From: a virus
IMG/VR virus record: IMGVR_UViG_3300028837_001734
Span: 1-64,000 of that record
Strand: one strand, 5' to 3'
Length of the DNA stretch: 64,000 bases
In this document: piece by piece, positions 1 through 10,348 of the stretch
Layout: each line of letters starts with the position of its first letter
Numbering within the stretch: the stretch's first letter is position 1
The notes under the pieces: generated by a model
Seen by the model: the letters and a program-made list of their open reading frames with translations, nothing else
Databases searched by the model: none
What the model was told of the DNA's origin: nothing
Program-made: the position numbers and the translations under genes

Positions 1-7
1 GTTCTAT

Positions 8-664
8 ATGGATAGGGCAGAGACAATCATACGCAGACGCCACATTTACGAAGCAGATCTAGTATGCACAACAGACGGAGGTTGCGACGACCAATGGAAA
101 CAACAGTTCGGTGTTGACCATATAACCCTGAGACAAGGATTGCATGCGCCAGACCGCGTCTGGGTCGAGCCATATATAAGCAATTTCGACATTATTTTCG
201 TAGGCAGTGTGTACAACGATTATAGGAAACGGTTAGTATCATTCTTGTCATCAATATATGGTAATCGTTTCCGCGTTTTTGGTGGATCGGAGAAGTCACA
301 AGACCAGGTCCGTGGATTGGATCTCAATAAGTTGGTCCAATCTGTAAAGATTGTTGTTGGAGACTCCTTGCCTGGACACAACTATTGGAGCAACCGATTG
401 TACGAAATACGCGGTCGCGGCGGATTCTTATTGCATCCAGAAACATTTGGGATGGACGAGGAATTTGAGATAGGAAAGGAATTGGTAGTGTTCCCTAGAC
501 ATGCTATGGATGGACTAAGACAGCTTATAGATTATTATGTAGACCATGATGATGAACGAGAACAGATAAGAAGATGTGGCTTCGAAAGATGTCCGACTTA
601 TGATGATAGAGTGGCGGTATTATTATCCCACATCAACGATGTATTGGAGGCGAAACAATCATGA
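8..664 (+). CDS. CgeB-like GT-B glycosyltransferase (Glyco_trans_1_2), probably 5'-truncated by the window edge
   Basis: DIIFVGS...YWSNRLYEIRGRGGFLLHP...EREQIRRCGFER pattern typical of the CgeB/Glyco_trans_1_2 C-terminal domain. Confidence 0.75.
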   Translation: MDRAETIIRRRHIYEADLVCTTDGGCDDQWKQQFGVDHITLRQGLHAPDRVWVEPYISNFDIIFVGSVYNDYRKRLVSFLSSIYGNRFRVFGGSEKSQDQVRGLDLNKLVQSVKIVVGDSLPGHNYWSNRLYEIRGRGGFLLHPETFGMDEEFEIGKELVVFPRHAMDGLRQLIDYYVDHDDEREQIRRCGFERCPTYDDRVAVLLSHINDVLEAKQS

Positions 665-1593
665 AAATACGTACGACAATGATTCACCAAGCTATACCTC
701 TGAGAATGGATGCACTACTTAGAACCCTGATCCGAAGAGGACACACAATCGCTAACGATGATACCGCGGATGTCTGGTTTGTTGATTGTATATGGCCACA
801 TAAGATATATCCTGCGACCATTGATCAGATGCTGTCTTTCGGTGGAAAAATAGTTCTGGTATCTTTGGGTGACCTAAATATATTCAATATTGATGGGCTA
901 CCAGACGAACTTATACAAAAAGTATCGGCGTTCGCAAAAATACAATGGGACAATGACACATCTATATACGACAGTAGAATTATTGGAAAAAGTGTCACAA
1001 TACACCCATTCCTGGTTAGCCATCTACCACAACCTACGACCAAGAAGCATAGAGTATGTTTTCTTGGGTTACCAACAGGTGCTGAGAATGCTGAAGATAA
1101 TTTGAGAATACGTGCATGCCGGATCCTCAAGAAACAGCCATGGTTCATTGGTGGTATCGTAGGCCAAGAAGGTGGAGCAACACCCAGAGATATCAGCGGC
1201 ATAGAAGTCGGTGAACTATCTAGGAATATGTATCTTAGGTCCATCAATAGATCTCTTATCTCACTATGCATGCCTGGCAATAGTCCATTGACATATAGGT
1301 TATTTGAGAGCCTGGGAGTATGTTCTGCTGTCATTTCATGTCGTTTAGATTCAGTCAGATGGTTAAACAGGATGAATCCAAATGAACATTATCTATTAGT
1401 AAAAGATGATCTATCGGATCTATTGGAAGTATGTGAAAGAGCAGTAACAGAACCACAAGATACAGTCGAAATAGCCAAAACCGGCCATGATTTATACCAA
1501 CAATATTATTCTATCATGCCCGATCGTGGTTTGACAGATCATATGTCATATGATATATGTTGTCAATTCGGTGAGTGTGGTATACATTTCTAG
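661..1593 (+). CDS. GT-B glycosyltransferase, GT90/Glyco_trans_1_2-like
   Basis: SLCMPGNSPLTYRLFESL and NEHYLLVKDDLSDL...IAKTG motifs; ATGA overlap with the upstream gene. Confidence 0.65.
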   Translation: MKIRTTMIHQAIPLRMDALLRTLIRRGHTIANDDTADVWFVDCIWPHKIYPATIDQMLSFGGKIVLVSLGDLNIFNIDGLPDELIQKVSAFAKIQWDNDTSIYDSRIIGKSVTIHPFLVSHLPQPTTKKHRVCFLGLPTGAENAEDNLRIRACRILKKQPWFIGGIVGQEGGATPRDISGIEVGELSRNMYLRSINRSLISLCMPGNSPLTYRLFESLGVCSAVISCRLDSVRWLNRMNPNEHYLLVKDDLSDLLEVCERAVTEPQDTVEIAKTGHDLYQQYYSIMPDRGLTDHMSYDICCQFGECGIHF

Positions 1594-1602
1594 GAGATAA
1601 GG

Positions 1603-2386
1603 ATGAAAATAGGAATGCATATGGCTCATCCAGCTACTACCGATAGGTTAACAGAGCTGATCAGAACATTGGTCAAATATGATCATCATGTTGTGCCGTA
1701 CGATGGTCAAGAAGTGGATATTTTGATCGCTGGTGCATTACCACCGCATGAACATACTGACCGTCATATAGATAAAATGTCATCACACAATGGCCCACTT
1801 TTACTGTCTAGCCTCAATCAATATTCACCCAATTAAGTCAAAGAAAAAACATATCAGTTTTCATGGATTGGCTACTGGACCATTCGACAACAACATAAGA
1901 ATAATGGTGTGTAGGAAATTAAGGTCACAACCGTGGTTCAGAGGTGGGATAGTAGGTGATGCTCCTGGAGCAAGGCCGAAAGATTGGGCTGATGTAGCTA
2001 CGCAGGGTTTACCACATAGCATATTCTTGAGCGCAATTAATGAATCACGTGGTGCTTTGACGCTGCCTGGATACAATCCATTAACATACAGACTGTTTGA
2101 GGCAATGGCTGCCAAATCTGTAGCCATTACGTGTCGTCTGGAAAGTATGAGATGGCTGAACCGTTTGGATCCTGATGTTCATTATGTAAAGTTCAATGAT
2201 GATTTATCGGATTTAGTGGAGAAACGTCAACGGGTTATCGACGACGAACGATATGCTTCGAAGATAGCAGCCGCAGGACACAAAATATATCAGGATTATT
2301 ACAGACTTAACGGAGATGGTACTCTGTCTGATGCTATGTGGTCCGATATCAAAGCACAATTCGAGAAAATCGGTATAACTTTGTGA
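1603..2386 (+). pseudogene. Paralog of the 661..1593 glycosyltransferase, broken into ORFs 1603..1836 and 1790..2386
   Basis: Both halves align to 661..1593 (PLTYRLFE, HY..DDLSDL); about 50 aa are missing at the frame change near 1815-1830; true pseudogene or assembly deletion. Confidence 0.6.
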
Positions 2387-2417
2387 ACAATAATAATTGT
2401 TTGAGGTATAATATGGT

Positions 2418-4262
2418 ATGATAGAATTTGCTCATTGTCAATGCAAAGTAAAAGTTGGTGAATTCAACATCAATAAAATCCCCCTTGATTGTCCTGCTGT
2501 CTGGAAGCTTGTCTCGTGTGGACATACTGTCGGTATATTCCAGCTTGAAAAAAAGTTGGGACAAGATTGGGCAAAGAAAGTACGTCCAGACGATCTTGAA
2601 GCATTAGCGGCATTAACAGCATTGTTGCGTCCTGGACCATTGGAAGCAGGAATGACACAGGACTACGTAGAGATCAAAGCTGGTGTCAGCAAGCCATCCT
2701 ATATCCATCAATTATTGGAGCCAATTCTGTCTCCTACCTATGGGTGTTTGGTTTACCAAGAACAAGCAATACGTATCGCAACGGACCTAGCCGGATTTAG
2801 TCCAGAAAATGCTGACGAACTACGTAAAGCTATTGGTAAGAAAAAACCAGAGTTAATGGCAAGGATAAAGAATAAGTTTATCGATGGATGCGAAAAACAC
2901 CAGAATATACCAAAGGGTATGGCTGAAGAAATTTTTGGGTGGATTGAAAAGTGTCAAAGATATAGTTTTAATAAATCTCATGCTATATGTTATGGTATGA
3001 TAGCATATCAAACAGCTTGGGTGAAATGTCATTTCCCACAAGAATTTTTTACCAGTTACCTAACTTATTCGGCTTACAAGAGGGATCCAAAAGAAGAGAT
3101 ATACAAATTAGTCCAAGACGCTAGACTATTTGGTATCAGGATTTTGCCTCCAGATATTAGAAGGAACAATATCCACTTCGCTATGGTCCCTGATCAAGAT
3201 AATGGCGTAGCTTTTGGACTGTCTCACATTCGTGGTGTGGGTCAATCTGCCATACAAAAAATTATTGCAGCAGTTTCTGATGGCCAATCTACTTCTGGTC
3301 TGGTTACATGGGGTGATTTTGTAGCTGCAGTCCCAGATTTGCACAGAAATGTTGGCATTGCATTGATCAAATCTGGTGCATGTGATTGTTATCAAATGGA
3401 ACGAGCTACGATGGTACAAGAATTGGAAGTAATTCTTGGAACGACCATACGTGATGATGATGGTAAGAAGGTGGAAGTCAAGGGACTTACGAAAAGAGAA
3501 AAAGAATATTTCTTCAGAAGGTTGTCTGATGGGTTATCGACCAGAGAAGTTCTTCTCGAAATGGGGCAAACTCCAGAAGAGAGACCAAAATCTATATCAC
3601 AGATGAAAAAATCAGAATTAGTTGTAGCAGCAAAGAATTTCCTTAATTCAATGGACACTATAGAATCAGGTATTCTTGATGATGATAGTATATTTGTCCA
3701 TACATCACAATCAGAAAAAGATGGATGGCTAGAAGACTTGTCTAAAAGAACAAAAATAAATATTGTGGCCATACTCAGAGCCAATGGCTACAAAGAGAAT
3801 ATCCAAAAGCCTCCTTGTTCGAGCGAAGCCAGACGTCAAAAGGTAATGGAAAAGGCTGATATATTAGATACTGAATTATTTGATAATAATAAAGCTAAAG
3901 CTGCGGCAGAAAAGCATTTTCTAGGTATTGCTTTATCATGTTCTGAAGCTGATGATGCAGATGATTCTAATGCTACTCATACATGTCTTGATATTGCCAG
4001 GGCTAATAATGACGAAACTATAATTACATGTGTTATAATAGACAATGTCAAACATACAAAAACAAAACGTGGGAGGAATCCTGGATCTCCTATGTGTTTT
4101 TTGACTATATCTGATTCTACATATTCTATTGATCATGCCGTAGTCTTTCCAGATACATATATGAAATTGAAGGGATTGTGTAAAGAAGATCTAATTTGTA
4201 TGGTATATGGACATAAAAAAAATGGGAGTTTTATCGTACAAGATATTCAAAAATTAATTTGA
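2418..4262 (+). CDS. dnaE: DNA polymerase III alpha, C-terminal portion only (finger, HhH, OB domains)
   Basis: GIFQLE, ALLRPGP, LVYQEQ, ADELRKAIGKKK, YSFNKSHA, FGLSHIRGVG and a C-terminal OB fold; PHP and catalytic palm absent. Confidence 0.9.
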   Translation: MIEFAHCQCKVKVGEFNINKIPLDCPAVWKLVSCGHTVGIFQLEKKLGQDWAKKVRPDDLEALAALTALLRPGPLEAGMTQDYVEIKAGVSKPSYIHQLLEPILSPTYGCLVYQEQAIRIATDLAGFSPENADELRKAIGKKKPELMARIKNKFIDGCEKHQNIPKGMAEEIFGWIEKCQRYSFNKSHAICYGMIAYQTAWVKCHFPQEFFTSYLTYSAYKRDPKEEIYKLVQDARLFGIRILPPDIRRNNIHFAMVPDQDNGVAFGLSHIRGVGQSAIQKIIAAVSDGQSTSGLVTWGDFVAAVPDLHRNVGIALIKSGACDCYQMERATMVQELEVILGTTIRDDDGKKVEVKGLTKREKEYFFRRLSDGLSTREVLLEMGQTPEERPKSISQMKKSELVVAAKNFLNSMDTIESGILDDDSIFVHTSQSEKDGWLEDLSKRTKINIVAILRANGYKENIQKPPCSSEARRQKVMEKADILDTELFDNNKAKAAAEKHFLGIALSCSEADDADDSNATHTCLDIARANNDETIITCVIIDNVKHTKTKRGRNPGSPMCFLTISDSTYSIDHAVVFPDTYMKLKGLCKEDLICMVYGHKKNGSFIVQDIQKLI

Positions 4263-4322
4263 ACAGTCGTGATAGATAGACGTATAATATAAAAGATGAA
4301 CTATGTTTTTTAATTAAGGAGA

Positions 4323-4751
4323 TTGGAAATGGGAGCATTAGGATTTTTTGGTGTTGGTGTAGCTGTGGCTGATCCGGAATTAAAATATGTTGGTCAGTCC
4401 AATACTGCAGTTTGTACTGTTAACTTGGCTTTTAATAGATCATTTCAAGATCGTGATAAGAAATGGCAAAAGGAAACTTGTTATATGAGGGCTCAGGTGT
4501 GGGGTGCTAGAGCAGAAAAGATGTCTGAAATTGTTTCGAAAGGACAACCAGTTTACGTAACAGGTTACATTAAGCAAGAGACTTGGGAAAAGGACGACGT
4601 AAAAAGAACTAATTATAAACTTAGTATATCTGATTTTCATCCTTGTGAACGATTTACTAATGGGAAATCTACAGGCGGTGCTACAAATCAAGAGCAACAG
4701 TCCCCAACAGATATCCCACAAACGGTCCCAAATGATGATATCCCATTTTGA
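4323..4751 (+). CDS. ssb: Single-stranded DNA-binding protein
   Basis: DPELKY...LAFNR...WG..AE...KGQPVYVTG OB fold and acidic DDIPF tail. Confidence 0.92.
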   Translation: MEMGALGFFGVGVAVADPELKYVGQSNTAVCTVNLAFNRSFQDRDKKWQKETCYMRAQVWGARAEKMSEIVSKGQPVYVTGYIKQETWEKDDVKRTNYKLSISDFHPCERFTNGKSTGGATNQEQQSPTDIPQTVPNDDIPF

Positions 4752-4760
4752 GCAACATAT

Positions 4761-5357
4761 ATGAAGAGGGATACGTCATTTGATCAATATATTCAAGCAA
4801 TGGCAGTTAGGCTATCTGGTAGATTTGATACTAGATTATCCGATACTGCCGATTATAAACAAATTGGTCATCTTAAACTTTTAGAATTACAACAATTATG
4901 GCAATTACGTAATATCAAAGGTAATTTCCGTGCGTATGCAATTAAAGCAATAGCACGAGCCATGAGAAATGAAGCCATTAAATCTATAGGAACAGTTTAT
5001 GCACCTCGTAATGTGAAAAAATTAGTAGCTAAAATTCAATTTTTATTAAATTGTGGTTTTTCTAACTCAGAAATTAAAAATAAATTAGATATATCCGATA
5101 TTAAATGGAATGAGTTACAAATTATTATTAGAGATGTTGTCTCATGGAATATATTACTCGAAGAACCATATTGTGAAACTGACCCTTATTTAGTTTTTGA
5201 CGACATAATGTCTAGTGGATTGACTGAAACAGACTGTGTGTTAATAGATGCACATCTAGAAGGCGACGTATGTTCAACGTCACTAAACCGTAAACAAAGA
5301 TGGTCTACTAGAAAAAATATGAGACCTAAGTTAATAAGGAATGGATATGGGATCTAA
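4761..5357 (+). CDS. Phage sigma-70-like factor
   Basis: Region-2-like DYKQIGHLKLLE...FRAYAIKAIARAMRNE followed by an HTH-like segment. Confidence 0.7.
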   Translation: MKRDTSFDQYIQAMAVRLSGRFDTRLSDTADYKQIGHLKLLELQQLWQLRNIKGNFRAYAIKAIARAMRNEAIKSIGTVYAPRNVKKLVAKIQFLLNCGFSNSEIKNKLDISDIKWNELQIIIRDVVSWNILLEEPYCETDPYLVFDDIMSSGLTETDCVLIDAHLEGDVCSTSLNRKQRWSTRKNMRPKLIRNGYGI

Positions 5358-8121
5358 TAGAAAACGCAGAATACTTTTCACTGGTGAAGCCTCATTTTTA
5401 GCTACAGGATTTAGTACTTATTGGAATGAAGTTTTACGTAGAATATATCCTACAGGTGAATTTGAAATAGCCGAATTAGGTAGTTATGCCCATGATGATG
5501 ATCCACGCTGTCAACAAGTGCCATGGAAATTTTACCCAGTAGGTCCAGCCCGTAGTGACCATGAAGCTATGCAAAGATATATGCCAGGTCCAGGCTCTAC
5601 TAATCAATTTGGTGAATGGCGTTTTAATGATATATGCTTAGATTTTCAACCAGATATTGTGTGTGGTATACGTGACTGGTGGATGGATGAGTTTATTTTA
5701 AGATCACCGTTACGACATAACTTCAAATTTATTTGGATGCCCACTATAGATGGGGAACCACAACGAGAATTATGGCTTGACTCGTATAAGCAATGCGATT
5801 ATATATTAACATATTCAGAATATGGGATGAGACTATTAAAAAAGACAGGACGTAGAGATACTCCATTAGTAACTGTCGCATCACCAGGTGCTGATTTAGA
5901 AATGTTTAAACCTGTACCCAATAAAAGAGAACACAAACAGAAAATGGGTATAGATCCTAATTCTATTATAATTGGTACAGTGATGAGAAACCAAAAAAGA
6001 AAATTATATTACGATTTAATAGAAGCATTTTCAAAATGGTTGCATCGTTCTAAAACCAAAGGTCATACAAAATTGACCAAAGAAACCTTTTTATATTTGC
6101 ATACGAGTTATCCTGATGTTGGATATGATATAGGTAAGGCTATTAGAGATTTCGGTGTAGGCAATAAAGTTATTATGACATATCTTTGTGGTAATTGTAA
6201 CACTGCATATCCAGCATTATTTTCTGGTGATATGGCTATATGTCGCAGATGTAATAAATTAGCTGCTCATCCACCTAACGCAAATCATTCATGTCCTAGG
6301 AATGTATTAGCAGATATAATGAATGCTTTTGACTTATATGTACAATATTCTATATGTTTGCATCCAGAAACTCCCATTATGACATCTAATGGATGGGAGA
6401 ATATTGGTGATATAAATGTTGGTGATCAAGTTATAGGCAAAGATGGTGAATTGCATCGTGTTTATAAAACAATGCGCAATCCGTCCAATACTTGTTATGA
6501 TGTAACAGTGAAAAGTAGGCCATGGTCTATAACAGCTACGGATAACCATCCTTGGTTAGTTGTCAGTACCGAATTCAATGCCCAAAGCACTTCTGTAACT
6601 GGTTCGAACGGAAGTATTGAAAGTATTGTCAATAGAGAACGATACCACAAAAATCGTGGAACTCAATGTCCTAAGTTAAAATTTACTTACAAAAGAACCG
6701 ATGAACTTAATCCTGGAGATTTATTAGCTAGTCGTATACCAAATGACCATCAATTTACACCGAAACATAATCTTCCATTTTTGACAGATACTAATACAGC
6801 AAATAATCCTTCATCATGGGATGAAGATATGGCGTATTATCTGGGATTATTTGCTGCAGGAGATGGTATTAATCTTGATCATATTAAAACAATAGCTCAG
6901 AGAATGGGTAATGAAGTAAGGACGAGATTGTATAATGATCGTGATGCTTTTGATGCAGATATAAATTGTAAAGAGTTCATGTGGGAATTACGAGATACTC
7001 TATATCACAAAGACAAAACTAAACAATTACCAATTGGATGCCATTTGTGGTCAAGGAAATTGCAGGAAAGATTAGTAGCAGGGTTACTTGCGGGAGATGG
7101 ATATCAAAAAAATGAACATCTTAACGTATACTGCACAACATCAATTCATATAGCTAAAATGTTGTGTCCATTACTAGAGAGACTTGGTTTGTATTATTGT
7201 TGCCATATTCAGTATCGAGATGGCAAACTTCCGATGTATCGTTTCGAAATCCGCACTGATGGACAACGTAAATCCCATGAAACATTATATCATAATGGTT
7301 TTGTTTTAACCGAAGTTGCATCCTCTAATATAAGCAATTTTGATGGTGAAGTGGTAAATATAGACGTAGAAGATGATCACCATTACGTAACACTTGAAGG
7401 ATTACAGCACAACTGTGAGGGTTGGGGTATGCCTCTCACAGAAGCTCAAGCATGCGGTGTACCAACTATGGCTGTACGATATTCTGCTATGGAAGATCAT
7501 TTACAAAATCCAACCTCCATACCAATTGAAGTAGAAAGATTTTTCTGGGAAGCCATTATCGAGACAGAACAAAAAAGAGCTTTGCCAAATAACATAGATT
7601 TTATCAACAAATTAGAACGATTCATTAAATTACCCGAAGATATTAGAATAGGGAAAACTCAACAAACACGACAATATATAGAAGAAATGGTTGAGACATA
7701 TAAGCAACCTGGGAAAATGAGACGTCGTGGTTGGGAACGTACTGCTGCAATATGGACTCAAGTAATTAGAGATTGTAACATTTCAGACCCATTAACTACA
7801 TGGCAATGTCCAACTGCTAGAATAAGAAAGCCAAATATGATACCACCCAGTAACAATATGAATAATGTGGAATTTGTAAACTGGGTAATAGGTCAGATTT
7901 GGGGTCGTAAAGATATGTTACGCACGCATTTTGCAGGTGAATGGTTAAAAGCTTTGAACAGTGGATCTAGAACCCAAGGAGACAAACGTACTCCATTCGA
8001 TAGACAACAATTGGTAAATCATTTTATGACATTAGTTAACCAGAATAACGAAATAGAACAACATAGAATAGCTTTGTTGAATGGTCCTAAAATTGAACAT
8101 ACAAATGTAACGGTGATATAA
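5341..8121 (+). CDS. GT4-like glycosyltransferase containing an intein
   Basis: TGFSTY, RNQKRK, FDLYVQYSI|intein|CEGWGMPLTEAQACGVP (E-x7-E GT4 motif). Confidence 0.85.
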   Translation: MDMGSNRKRRILFTGEASFLATGFSTYWNEVLRRIYPTGEFEIAELGSYAHDDDPRCQQVPWKFYPVGPARSDHEAMQRYMPGPGSTNQFGEWRFNDICLDFQPDIVCGIRDWWMDEFILRSPLRHNFKFIWMPTIDGEPQRELWLDSYKQCDYILTYSEYGMRLLKKTGRRDTPLVTVASPGADLEMFKPVPNKREHKQKMGIDPNSIIIGTVMRNQKRKLYYDLIEAFSKWLHRSKTKGHTKLTKETFLYLHTSYPDVGYDIGKAIRDFGVGNKVIMTYLCGNCNTAYPALFSGDMAICRRCNKLAAHPPNANHSCPRNVLADIMNAFDLYVQYSICLHPETPIMTSNGWENIGDINVGDQVIGKDGELHRVYKTMRNPSNTCYDVTVKSRPWSITATDNHPWLVVSTEFNAQSTSVTGSNGSIESIVNRERYHKNRGTQCPKLKFTYKRTDELNPGDLLASRIPNDHQFTPKHNLPFLTDTNTANNPSSWDEDMAYYLGLFAAGDGINLDHIKTIAQRMGNEVRTRLYNDRDAFDADINCKEFMWELRDTLYHKDKTKQLPIGCHLWSRKLQERLVAGLLAGDGYQKNEHLNVYCTTSIHIAKMLCPLLERLGLYYCCHIQYRDGKLPMYRFEIRTDGQRKSHETLYHNGFVLTEVASSNISNFDGEVVNIDVEDDHHYVTLEGLQHNCEGWGMPLTEAQACGVPTMAVRYSAMEDHLQNPTSIPIEVERFFWEAIIETEQKRALPNNIDFINKLERFIKLPEDIRIGKTQQTRQYIEEMVETYKQPGKMRRRGWERTAAIWTQVIRDCNISDPLTTWQCPTARIRKPNMIPPSNNMNNVEFVNWVIGQIWGRKDMLRTHFAGEWLKALNSGSRTQGDKRTPFDRQQLVNHFMTLVNQNNEIEQHRIALLNGPKIEHTNVTVI
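6355..7413 (+). mobile_element. Intein with a degenerate LAGLIDADG endonuclease
   Basis: Starts CLHPETPI, block B TDNHP, LGLFAAGDG and GLLAGDG motifs, ends QHN followed by +1 Cys. Confidence 0.9.
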
Positions 8122-9320
8122 TGAAAGTAGTATATATTTCTGTATATAGAGATGGAACTGGTTATGCCAATGCAGCTATTCATAACATGCTAGCTTTAGA
8201 AGCTGGCGGGGTAGATGTAGTTGCACGTGCCATTAGTTTGTCACAATCTAAAAATCATGAATTAGCGAAGACTGTACAACATTTAGAAGATAAAACTACT
8301 ACTAATATTGATGTAGTTATGCAACATATTCTACCACATATGTTTGAATATAAAACCGGTGTGAAAAACATAGGACTTTTTGATTGGGAAACTACACATT
8401 TTAAGAGATCAAACTGGCCACACTGTTGCAATATGATGGATGAAATATGGGTACCATCATTGCAAAATAGACAAGCAACTATTGATAGCAGAGTCACGGT
8501 ACCAATTAAAATATTGCCGCATGCATGTAATATACAAAGATTCAATAAATCTACGCAATCTTTAAATATACCAGATTTTAAAAATAAATGTGTTTTTTAT
8601 ACCATTGGAGAAATGACTAGACGAAAAAATATTGTTGCGACCATTAGGGCATTCTACACCGCCTTTAGCAAGAGAGATGATGTTATATTAGTCATTAAAA
8701 CTAACGTACCTAAAAAAAATCCAAAGCAATCTCTAGATATACTAAGAAAAACTATTGAAGATATCAGACAATCTGTACATACTTATGTAAGATATCCATA
8801 TTATCCACCTATTGCTTGTATGACTAATTTCCTTTCTGATATAGAATTAGACAGATTACATCAATCATGCGATGTCTTTGTATCACCAAGTCACGGAGAA
8901 GCATGGGGTATACCAGCACATGATGCTATGGGATTTGGTAATCCAGTAATCTTAAGTAATTGGGGATCTTTCCCTGAATTAATGAATGAAGAAGCTGAAA
9001 GATTTTGGATGCCGCAAGTACAAAAATTTGCACATCCAGGTAAAGTAGATTGTGGTTGGTTAATAGAAGGTCAACTTACACCATGCTTTGGCCATGTAGA
9101 TAGCTTTCCAGACCTATATACCGGAGATGAATACTGGTTTGATCCAGACATACAACATCTTGTCCAATGTATGCGACAAGCATATATAGAGTGGCAAAAC
9201 GAAACATTAACATATCGTGGTCAAGCAGCTAAAAATCGTGCCATACAATTTAGTTACCAAAAAATTGGTTTGACAGTCCAACAACTTCTCTGTAATAATC
9301 GAACAGAAGGAGACAAATAA
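8121..9320 (+). CDS. GT4-like glycosyltransferase
   Basis: TGYANA, WET, RKN, DVFVSPSHGEAWGIPAHDAMGFG. Confidence 0.85.
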   Translation: MKVVYISVYRDGTGYANAAIHNMLALEAGGVDVVARAISLSQSKNHELAKTVQHLEDKTTTNIDVVMQHILPHMFEYKTGVKNIGLFDWETTHFKRSNWPHCCNMMDEIWVPSLQNRQATIDSRVTVPIKILPHACNIQRFNKSTQSLNIPDFKNKCVFYTIGEMTRRKNIVATIRAFYTAFSKRDDVILVIKTNVPKKNPKQSLDILRKTIEDIRQSVHTYVRYPYYPPIACMTNFLSDIELDRLHQSCDVFVSPSHGEAWGIPAHDAMGFGNPVILSNWGSFPELMNEEAERFWMPQVQKFAHPGKVDCGWLIEGQLTPCFGHVDSFPDLYTGDEYWFDPDIQHLVQCMRQAYIEWQNETLTYRGQAAKNRAIQFSYQKIGLTVQQLLCNNRTEGDK

Positions 9321-10345
9321 TGCCATCAGTTCTTTCTGCTGTACTCTCTAGCATAAATAGATCACCAGAACACCCATTAAACATACTATATTCAAACAAC
9401 CATGAAGCATACAGCGCGACTCTAGCGAAAACTGGTCACAATTTTTATATGCTACAACATCCAAAATTTCATCCATGGGATGCAAAGGAAAGACCGCTCC
9501 CTCCAAATTTTACGTTATTACAGGGACAAGATATCCAACAACAACTCAAAGTAGATATTTCATTTGATCTTGTTATATCACAAAATAGAGTTGATCATTA
9601 TCCAATTATGTCTCAGATAGCAGCACAGTTAAACTGCCCATTATTACAAATGTCACATACATTACCTTGGCCCGATTGGAACGAAGAAACAATCGAGCGA
9701 GTAGGACACTTATCTGCTGATCATGATATTTTTGTCTCTGATTTTTCTACCAATGCATGGTTCCATGACTCTACTGATCCAAATGTCCAGATTATTCATC
9801 ATGGTATGGATACCGATTATTGGAATGGATGGATTGGCGGTGATGGCAAAGTAATGACAGCAGTGTGGGACTATATCCGTAGAGATCGTATCTGTGGATT
9901 CTCTTTGTGGAAAGAAGTAACAGAAGGCTTACAAGTTAATCCATGGGGTGATACTCCAGGCTTATCGAAAGTAGCAGATGGCCCAGATCATTTATTGAAC
10001 TTATATAGAAATGCTTCTGTTTTCCTCAATACTACACTTTGGTCATCTTGCCCATTTTCGCTATTAGAAGCTATGTCAGTTGGATGTCCCATTGTTACTA
10101 CTGCTACTACAATGATGCCAGAATTCATAGAAGATGGTGTTAATGGTTTTATTACTAATGATCCTATTACTATGAAAAACAGATTACGAGAATTAATTAA
10201 CAATCAAAATTTAGCAAAACAGATAGGCGATGCTGGTCGTCAAACGATAATTGAACAATTTGGGCAACAAAGATTCATAGATGAATGGAATGAAGCATTT
10301 TGGAAAGTAGCCAAAAGTCCAACAAGTAGGTGGATTGGGAGATAA
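9320..10345 (+). CDS. GT4-like glycosyltransferase
   Basis: IIHHGMD, PFSLLEAMSVGCPIVTT...IEDGVNGF. Confidence 0.85.
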   Translation: MPSVLSAVLSSINRSPEHPLNILYSNNHEAYSATLAKTGHNFYMLQHPKFHPWDAKERPLPPNFTLLQGQDIQQQLKVDISFDLVISQNRVDHYPIMSQIAAQLNCPLLQMSHTLPWPDWNEETIERVGHLSADHDIFVSDFSTNAWFHDSTDPNVQIIHHGMDTDYWNGWIGGDGKVMTAVWDYIRRDRICGFSLWKEVTEGLQVNPWGDTPGLSKVADGPDHLLNLYRNASVFLNTTLWSSCPFSLLEAMSVGCPIVTTATTMMPEFIEDGVNGFITNDPITMKNRLRELINNQNLAKQIGDAGRQTIIEQFGQQRFIDEWNEAFWKVAKSPTSRWIGR

Positions 10346-10348
10346 ATA

